A DNA stretch of 30,368 nt. It comes from Tubiluchus corallicola. Lineage: Eukaryota > Animalia > Priapulida. Shown here in pieces: positions 25,701-30,368 of this stretch; the first letter of the stretch is position 1; each line of letters starts with the position of its first letter. The notes beneath the pieces are model-generated. The model was given only the letters and a program-made list of their open reading frames with translations, was not told the DNA's origin and made no database searches. The position numbers were made by a program, and so were the translations under genes. The stretch is taken from assembly GCA_030141605.1 (NCBI GenBank), contig JAQGDQ010001671.1, forward strand, positions 1 through 30,368, read 5' to 3'.

Positions 25701-28700
25701 ACAGCGGAAGCTGAAGATGAAGAGTTTACCAACTGGGAGAGAGACATGGCGGAAGCAAACACGGATGACAACAACCAGCAACAAATGTTAGATGATTCTT
25801 CCTACACAGAAACACTCATCTTATCTTCGAACATCTTAGGTGTGAGTAGAACATCAACTCTGAGTGATTCTGAGCGGATAATGCATGAGAAAAATGCTCT
25901 TAGCAGAGATGGAAGTGAGATTTCGATTAGTGAAAATTTAGACAACTTATTCTTCTGCGGCAGATGTGGCTCAACTACTACAGGACGAACTGGTTACGAC
26001 AATGCAACCATTCATGTTTCTGACTTCAGCAAACCGCTCACGCACAACGAAAATAAATTTGTGCGATCTGGGTGTGTCTATTCAGAAACAACAAAATGGC
26101 ATCCTAGACCTTGCAAACCTAGGCGTGGTATATATACCAAAGGGCCCCATTACTACACAAGTAATGGTAACTATCTTACATATCGCTGCATATCTGCAGC
26201 AGCCAAAAATGTACACAGTTGTGATGGATACACCTGTTTTGAGCCTAATTGTAATATACACAGTGTATCGGACCACACAGGTGAAACTAAATGGACGTGT
26301 TATAAAAAGACCTACATGTGGTCCAATTGTGACAGTGTTCGCAAAGTGTTAGGCCATGTGGCTAAACATAAACGGACTTTTGCCAATATTTATAGTGCCT
26401 CGGATGATAATTTTGATTCGGAACAATGGCACCGCCAATTGGCAATATTAGTGTTGATTTTCAGTTTGCAGATGACGCATAACGTGATATGGACACGAAA
26501 AATGTGATCATCGGAATGTGTAATCATGTGACATATTTGTATATAGTGGCTGATTTTTTTTATCTTTTAAATCTTACGTGATATCTTTAATAAAGCAATG
26601 TTCTTTATTCTGCATATAAGAATGGAGTTAACAAATTTTAATTGAATGCATGACTCGAATATCTGTCTATATATTATCTGTGCACAAAGGGCAATTTTTT
26701 AGCATTCCATTATAAGTCAGATTGTGAGCTTAACTTCAGCTTAAAAACTTAGCTGGCAAAATTTTAGCTAGACTATGAGCATCGTACATCATATTTCAGC
26801 ACAGGTCTGATAAAAGTATTGATCGCGCTGTAATTCTCTGAATGATAATATTTATTGATTACATCACTAGATCTATATTGCCAAGACTTGTGTATTGAGC
26901 TATACTTAGTAAATAATGTACTCATTAAAAATACTTCTCAAAAGCAACTTGATAATTGAGCGCTAGCTTTTTCCTATGTGTATTTGAGATAGAAACAGAT
27001 AACAGTGAGACAAAGTCTTCTTCATTATATTTATTAGAAAATTATTAGAAAAGCACACCATCAAAAATCAGTTATTCACAAGTGAATGCAAATCATAAGC
27101 CTCTGAAATTTTTGCTGAAAACAAAACAGAAAACTGGCACCCGTTATACTCGAATTCTTGCGTCTGTCGAACAGACTCATTGAATAGATTTTCTCTTTCA
27201 TTTTTCTTCTTACAAAACATTGCATAACTTGAAATCTGTAACTCGGATTATTGTGTAAATCAAACCAAATTCCTGATAAAATCTAACTGAAATTAGCCCT
27301 CCCCTTTTAGAACAACCTCCCAAGCGAAAAATCCTACGTGAAAGTGTGCACCACATTACGGTTTTAACCAGTTTCGAACTTTGCGTCAGTGTTGCAGCAT
27401 TTCTACACGTTAATAGTGCAATTGAAAGGAATGACGATTTCTCCATTTCGTTTCGAGTCTCTCGATTGCCCCCGAAGCTTTTTTGTGGTGACATTTGCAT
27501 CACTTTTTCAATAAAATCCGTGCACCTATGCAAGTCGACTACGCTTACTATTTGTTTACAAGTTCTTTTACTTCTTTAATGCTTTTTAAATGTCATTACA
27601 CTTTTAAAATTAATTGTGATCTTACAGATTAACCGTATCCAATTATAGAACAAAATCTTACTCCAAATACACAACTGATGGTTACCTAGCATGTAAAATA
27701 TTTTAAGTTGAAATATCGTCTTTTGTTTTTGTAAAACTGTAAGCGTTCATGACATTATCATTAGCTGTGTTAACTAGAGTGACCGTGCTCTGAGCAGGGG
27801 CATTAACTACTTTCTAAGCGGCAGACGGTTTTGACTTACCCACATCCCACGTGACATTTGTAGTTAAAATGCCTCACAGACCAAGCTAATGTAATAGTAG
27901 CAGTTTTAACAGCTAGCTAGAACCTTACCTAGAATAGCAGAACCAAAGCAAGATCCTGCTACTAAATCACTCTACACACAGACTAAGGCATAGTTAAATA
28001 AAGTCCACGCAAAAAAACAACGTTACTGAACAGATGCGGCAAATGGCATTGACTTACCCACATCTCATGTGACATTTGTAGTTAAACTGCGTTGCTGTGG
28101 TACACTTAACCTTTGACCTACAGCAATTGCGCGTGCATGCAACGAAACTGTGAAAAGGGTTATTGCAAAGGAAATTTCACAAGCTTTACTAAAATTTAAC
28201 AAAAGAATCGAACGCTGCATTAATTAAATCTACGTTTTCTAATTAATTAATAAACTGCATAATTAAACAAAAACAGTAGACAGTTGTGCATGTAGTCAAA
28301 AAACGCGTGACATTTACAAATTAAAAATTAAACTGAAAACCATGCACACCAAGACAATGGAAACTGAAAGCGATGCAGACCGAAAACGTCCCAGATCCAA
28401 AATGATGCAAATTAAAAACAATATACACTAAAAAAAAAAAAAGCACGCTGAAAGCAGTGCACATTAAAAACAATGCACACTAACAACAAAGCACACCAAG
28501 AACAATGCACACTAAAAACAATACACACTAAAAATGCACGCTAAAAACTGCACATTAAAACCAATGCACATTAAAAACAATACACACTAAAAAAAATGCA
28601 CGCTGAAAGCAGTGCACATTAAAAACATTGCACATTAAAAACAATGCACATTAAAAACAATACACACTAAAAATGCACGCTAAAAACAGTGCACATTAAA

Positions 28701-29279
28701 ACCAATGCACATTAAAAACAATACACACTAAAAATGCACGCTAAAAACAGTGCACATTAAAACCAATGCACATTAAAACCAATACACACTAAAAATGCAC
28801 GCTAAAAATAATGCACATTAAAAACAATACACACTAAAAATGTATGCTAAAAACAGTGCACACTAAAAACAATGGACGCTAAAAACAGTGCACACTAAAA
28901 ACAATGGACGCTAAAAACAATGCACATTAAAAATGACACAAACCAAAAACAATGCACACCTAAAATAATGCGCAACAAAAACAATACATACTAAAAGCAC
29001 TGCATGCCAAAAACAATGCACTAAAAACAAACGGCATAGTTTGATGGTTTTAGTTACTTTTCGCAATCAGTATTAGTGTAAATAAATCTTTTTTTAGTTT
29101 TTTATCTGAAAGAACGGTGACTAACTTTTCGAACACTCGGTACGATACTTACTTTCAACAAACCATAACATCGTTTATAAACATAAACTTGTATTTCAGA
29201 AGATGGATGAGACAGAAGCTTGAGCAATAGCAGCTGACTGGGCTTTTGTAAATTCGCATTCAAACTTTTTTCTTTACTT
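1..29279 (-). CDS. RTTN: Rotatin (RTTN/Ana3), internal portion, 16 coding exons, ~710 aa; gene extends beyond both window edges
   Basis: Manual splicing of exons 29153-29279, 21432-21557, 21047-21163, 19893-20032, 18051-18216, 16441-16540, 15470-15558, 14431-14551, 12736-12832, 11162-11245, 9984-10184, 8669-8896, 6337-6606, 2583-2708, 781-856, 1-63. All introns are GT-AG, all phases compatible, no stops. Peptides are colinear with recalled human rotatin motifs (LSHP, KSAxEQLA, LLLFDE, FSLP, WNxSW, HFYxL, PGW, RGGxxMSxMG). Confidence 0.93.
340..671. repeat. 43-bp minisatellite, ~7.5 copies
   Basis: Unit ggtctggtcccaccacaaccaccaatgccgtgattatgagcga (copies at 481 and 524). Confidence 0.95.
781..856 (-). 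CDS. RTTN: Rotatin exon (PGWATSVSITDSYKFCTDTAQVLLE)
   Basis: ttacag acceptor, GAG|gttgca donor, 76 nt, phase 2-0; PGW...LLE. Confidence 0.9.
1024..1549. mobile_element. TTAA-flanked non-autonomous DNA transposon (Kolobok-like)
   Basis: Left ttaaaggaaaggtcaagcc versus reverse complement of right end ttaaaagaaagaacaagtc (15/19 match); internal tgacgtca and atggcggc motifs. Confidence 0.45.
1605..1752. mobile_element. Partial copy (right end) of the TTAA-flanked MITE at 20136-20862
   Basis: Aligns with 20715-20862, ending tcctgaaagagttaa versus tcctgaaggagttaa. Confidence 0.75.
2583..2708 (-). CDS. RTTN: Rotatin exon (TCEITTLAELLLDHLRAASAAHFYNLAALENTLDCLVYITA)
   Basis: tttcag acceptor, TG|gtactt donor, 126 nt, phase 2-2; resembles recalled human APHFYGLPSLERTL..LTA. 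Confidence 0.92.
2816..5253. mobile_element. Palindromic MITE/foldback element with ~100-bp TIRs enclosing a satellite array
   Basis: 2816-2920 is the near reverse complement of 5151-5253 (ttccaattcacatagtcaaaaatcacgcca versus tggcgtgatttttgactatgtgaattggaa). Confidence 0.85.
2875..5166. repeat. 82-bp tandem satellite, ~28 near-identical copies, each with a 16-bp hairpin stem
   Basis: Period 82 (3039, 3121, 3203); atcatcagtggtaaaa-N20-ttttaccactgatgat. Confidence 0.97.
6337..6606 (-). CDS. RTTN: Rotatin exon (FFKVNPSSTADEALVKKVL...KLDVSST)
   Basis: gtttag acceptor, AG|gtacga donor, 270 nt, phase 2-2; resembles recalled human RFLQVLPACTEDEKLL. Confidence 0.9.
6788..7258. repeat. ~32-bp minisatellite (aaacaggcaacacaaaacaagagcaatgtcgt), with inverted units at ~7270 and ~7800
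   Basis: Recurrent aacaggcaacac core; gtgttgcctgtt downstream. Confidence 0.88.
7928..8385. mobile_element. Tc1/mariner-superfamily (pogo/Tc2-like) MITE with TA target duplication
   Basis: TA|CCGTATATTCTCGCATATAAGCC ... GGCTTATATGCGAGTATATACGG|TA: 23-bp TIR with 1 mismatch; internal gcatataagccgacccc repeats. Confidence 0.88.
8669..8896 (-). CDS. RTTN: Rotatin exon (FPQPLKLSEAD...HSILHAQNHSNVKEAL...LEALF)
   Basis: ttccag acceptor, AG|gtgcgt donor, 228 nt, phase 2-2; resembles recalled human LKLSTED...HSIVQAATHREV. Confidence 0.92.
9004..9390. repeat. ~60-bp minisatellite, ~6 copies, with internal hairpin
   Basis: ctgagtcagttgctactacatcagctgactcacacagtaaatcagctag; period 60 (9063, 9123). 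Confidence 0.9.
9984..10184 (-). CDS. RTTN: Rotatin exon (YKLPFIVPTH...RIRLQWNVSWFG...ASLD)
   Basis: ttttag acceptor, AA|gtgagt donor, 201 nt, phase 2-2; resembles recalled human YHLPVHV...LRIAWNLSWY. Confidence 0.93.
10281..10669. mobile_element. MITE family A, full copy (TIR core TTTCACAGTT; PIF/Harbinger-like by inference)
   Basis: aagctttttcacagtt ... aactgtgaaatggctt; subterminal inverted aaggttaagtgt; three further copies in window. Confidence 0.75.
10820..11068. mobile_element. MITE family A, partial right half
   Basis: Aligns with 10480-10660. Confidence 0.7.
11162..11245 (-). CDS. RTTN: Rotatin exon (NDGDETATVVKYNQIQEEFSLPSFLLA)
   Basis: ttctag acceptor, AT|gtatgt donor, 84 nt, phase 2-2; FSLP motif precedes YxLP of the next exon. 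Confidence 0.83.
11621..12518. repeat. 20-bp-monomer minisatellite with 120-bp higher-order unit
   Basis: gtgactgtttgtatgctt-type monomers; higher-order unit starts at 11621, 11741, 11861. Confidence 0.93.
12736..12832 (-). CDS. RTTN: Rotatin exon (ALLYQKEKETCYNISHLLALLLFDEIAGISK)
   Basis: ttttag acceptor, TG|gtaagt donor, 97 nt, phase 1-2; LLLFDE motif. Confidence 0.92.
12850..13990. repeat. 44-bp minisatellite, ~26 copies (one more unit at 14157-14200)
   Basis: Unit gtagaaaatgaagtaaccgtcactttgcagtgaagtacagagac. Confidence 0.96.
13991..14157. repeat. Inverted copy of the 11621-12518 repeat
   Basis: aaacagtcacgttagcatacaaacagtcac is the reverse complement of those monomers. Confidence 0.9.
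14431..14551 (-). CDS. RTTN: Rotatin exon (EFCVLFIPSCVKILRLLTHQNSDVRRKLVGDVTVYYQLLR)
   Basis: ctccag acceptor, G|gttagt donor, 121 nt, phase 0-1. Confidence 0.88.
15470..15558 (-). CDS. RTTN: Rotatin exon (INLHRAFLKSNGLSVIQQQLNSALDESSP)
   Basis: ttcag acceptor, CCG|gtaaga donor, 89 nt, phase 1-0. Confidence 0.85.
16441..16540 (-). CDS. RTTN: Rotatin exon (VESMQKVMNLLVSDEVEITAQKSASEQLAFILE)
   Basis: acag acceptor, G|gtaacc donor, 100 nt, phase 0-1; resembles recalled human [21 protein letters not shown]. Confidence 0.92.
16545..16733. repeat. Compound trinucleotide microsatellite (ATA/ATG/GTA/AAT)n
   Basis: Direct inspection. Confidence 0.97.
17186..17461. repeat. ~86-bp tandem repeat, ~3 copies
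   Basis: ctggtcaagtgattaaatgtttagcttccagaaac recurs at ~17202, 17287, 17373. Confidence 0.9.
18051..18216 (-). CDS. RTTN: Rotatin exon (VRVHAASRLVTLLAREENSLHLRP...IPSVIQ)
   Basis: ttgtag acceptor, CAG|gtgtcg donor, 166 nt, phase 2-0. Confidence 0.9.
19133..19722. repeat. 106-bp tandem repeat, 5 copies; copy 2 carries a ~57-bp G/T-only insertion
   Basis: gtcttggtttcacttaatgacg at 19133, 19239, 19402, 19508, 19614. Confidence 0.94.
19893..20032 (-). CDS. RTTN: Rotatin exon (GHTDSESELGKFLMSLVELPSEGDPPMLPTADVLRPNLRLLFCSDD)
   Basis: ttttag acceptor, AG|gttaga donor, 140 nt, phase 0-2. Confidence 0.9.
20136..20862. mobile_element. TTAA-flanked MITE (piggyBac-like), full copy
   Basis: TTAA|TTCCTTCAGGA ... 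TCCTGAAGGAG|TTAA; second partial copy at 1605-1752. Confidence 0.7.
21047..21163 (-). CDS. RTTN: Rotatin exon (IRNYATKIFLHLLRSKLLMDVEMWNQLTENVAALLPLIQ)
   Basis: gcag acceptor, CAG|gtaaag donor, 117 nt; resembles recalled human ILLYLLQGRLMM..WNKFIE..PVIPILQ. Confidence 0.92.
21355..21450 (-). repeat. 21-nt tandem duplication of an exon end and 5' splice site (4 donors)
   Basis: CAG|gtaaat (21431), CAG|gtaagt (21410), CGG|gtaaat (21389), CGG|gtgagt (21368). Confidence 0.75.
21432..21557 (-). CDS. RTTN: Rotatin exon (NCLNVEEATVPGLCVYKDAKVLIQCRILREICTAGFSHELVQ)
   Basis: tttttag acceptor, CAG|gtaaat donor, 126 nt, phase 0-0, open frame. Confidence 0.88.
21625..21893. repeat. 31-bp A-rich minisatellite, ~8 copies
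   Basis: gaaaaacagcaagaattagcaaaaaaacgat. Confidence 0.92.
21964..22320. mobile_element. MITE family A copy (right TIR degraded)
   Basis: Aligns along its length with 10281-10660. Confidence 0.75.
22442..22660 (+). pseudogene. Amidase-signature family C-terminal fragment (NTAPFNFNGHPALSANAGFS...LPIGMMVIRKHFDEATVFKFAHGFE)
   Basis: Fits the known amidase C-terminal pattern NTxPFNxxGxPAxS...LPxGxxxxGxxFxExxxL. Preceded by tttacag. The usual Gly before KHF is Arg, and I found no upstream amidase exons or catalytic GGSS motif. Confidence 0.8.
23609..23669 (+). CDS. Nested gene exon 1: MGNNSSRRRRQMRERRRASR (predicted N-myristoylation plus polybasic membrane anchor)
   Basis: ATG in strong context (aagaATGG); G|gtaatg donor in phase 1, joining in frame to the acceptor before 25354. 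Confidence 0.65.
24055..24400 (+). mobile_element. CR1/L2-clade LINE, degenerate 3' end of ORF2
   Basis: Frameshifted translation VQRRATKLVP..LDYTERLRKL..R..DMIQVFRIVK..TRGHPCKF.KPRARLDVRKYAFSNRIVNSW.DL...SINEFK, the characteristic CR1/L2 ORF2 tail. Confidence 0.88.
25354..26507 (+). CDS. Nested antisense gene exon 2: uncharacterised protein with 3 PPxY motifs, acidic NWERD repeats and Cys/His-rich C-terminus (404 aa spliced)
   Basis: 1.15-kb stop-free frame in AT-rich intron; strong acceptor tttttcttttcag|GG; stop TGA ending 26507; AATAAA at 26589. Confidence 0.8.
25535..25775 (+). repeat. Coding tandem repeat, 42/45-nt units (TAEANTDDNNWERD / TAEAEDEEFTNWERD)
   Basis: Five aactgggagagagac motifs; all unit lengths are multiples of 3. 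Confidence 0.9.
26589..26594 (+). promoter_or_regulatory. Polyadenylation signal of the nested gene
   Basis: AATAAA about 80 nt after the stop codon. Confidence 0.5.
27815..28160. mobile_element. MITE family A copy (left end missing, right TIR aactgtgaaaaggg intact)
   Basis: Shares acagctagctagaaccttacctag, aaatcactctacacaca and ggtacacttaacctttgacc. Confidence 0.75.
28400..29030. repeat. ~14-17-bp A-rich minisatellite (taaaaacaatgcacac/t)
   Basis: Direct inspection. Confidence 0.9.
29153..29279 (-). CDS. RTTN: Rotatin exon (SKEKSLNANLQKPSQLLLLKLLSHPSSEIQVYVYKRCYGLLK)
   Basis: Donor AAA|gtaagt; pyrimidine tract then AAG-AAG tandem acceptor (start 29279 or 29276); resembles recalled human SQKVLLHMLSHP...YHCCLEITK. 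Confidence 0.85.
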
Positions 29280-29982
29280 CTTCATATGGAAAGAAAAGAG
29301 AAAATCAAGCTAATTACTAATTAACGTGGAAAACTTTGCAAACACACAGTTAAGGAGTATTGCAAAACTAAAGATAGGATTCCATGTATGCGTAATGTAT
29401 GATCCGTATTCATTCAAGTGTGATCGCTCTCTCGTTTAAACACGTATCACGGGAACTACTGTTGTCTAGGTTTTTTAGTTTTTTTAATTTATTTGATATG
29501 ATATGTGGCCAATCAAGATACATTTTACGAAAAATCCACACCAATTTACAGACAATTTTTATTACAGGCACCTAAAAACATTCATAGTTAAAAACAACAC
29601 AACTTTATTAAACCTTTTACATTAAAAAGTTAAAATCATGCACTGCACTATACTCTGCACTGCTAGCACCGCTTTTCAGAATCAGCACCCCCAGTAATTT
29701 TAACTGAGCCGTAACTGAAGCTGTCTGTTGTTACTTTTTAGGCCCCTATGAATATCAGTTAGAAATCCAACTTGAGGGTTCGCTCTCAGTGGTAAGTCTT
29801 ACCGACTAACTTCACGAAAATGAAGGAATGATTGGGGTTATTGCCCTGCTTATTCTGGACTCAGACAAGCTCAGATTGCAGGAAACCGGTCTCAATTTTT
29901 CAACATTTTCTCGGGGGAGACCTCCCCGTCTCCGGCTCCCTCTTTCGGCACTCAAAGTAGTACACCAAACAGTCCATTCTTA

Positions 29983-30368
29983 GACATTCCGGGGCCCCTC
30001 CTTTTTAAACATCCTGGATCCACCCCTGTACCTTCACACTTGTATGAGCAATGGCAACAACTTGGATGACATTCCGACACCCCTCCTTTTTAAACATCCT
30101 GGATCCACCCCTGTACCTTCACACTTATATGAGCAATGGCAACAACTTGGATGACATTCCGGGGCCCCTCCTTTTTAAACATCCTGGATCCACCCCTGAA
30201 CCTTTACACTTATATGAGCAATGGCAACAACTTGGATGACATTCCGGGGCCCCTCCTTTTTAAACATCCTGGATCTACCCCTGTACCTTTACACTTATAT
30301 GAGCAATGGCAACAACTTGGATGACATTCCGACACCCCTCCTTTTTAAACATCCTGGATCTACCCCTG
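29983..30368. repeat. 85-bp tandem repeat, >=4.5 copies, runs off window
   Basis: Period 85 (30051, 30136); contains tcctggatccacccctg. Confidence 0.94.

Noticed and set aside
25333-26352. Alternative-frame and antisense ORFs overlapping the nested gene
   Set aside because: Shadows of the coding repeat and main ORF.
27210-27579. 107-aa and 77-aa ORFs
   Set aside because: No recognisable motifs, non-ATG starts, and they overlap a dispersed repeat also present near 22851.

Overview
AT-rich, intron-rich animal (probably invertebrate) genomic DNA, not prokaryotic. The whole window lies inside one minus-strand gene that I recognise from memory of the human protein as Rotatin (RTTN/Ana3, a centriole/cilia protein). 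Sixteen GT-AG exons (29279 down to 1) splice phase-consistently into about 710 open codons, and both gene ends lie outside the window. The introns contain minisatellites, MITE-like DNA transposons and a CR1/L2-type LINE remnant. The 7.6-kb intron 21558-29152 hosts, on the opposite strand, an isolated amidase C-terminal fragment and an apparently intact two-exon nested orphan gene. That gene encodes 404 aa with an N-myristoylation motif, a polybasic patch, three PPxY motifs, acidic repeats and a Cys/His-rich C-terminus, and its first exon is missed by the ORF track. Other notable structures are a ~28x82-bp hairpin satellite grown from the centre of a palindromic MITE, a 21-nt tandem array of duplicated splice donors, and inverted repeat arrays bracketing one exon. 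All homology calls are from recall; no searches were run.
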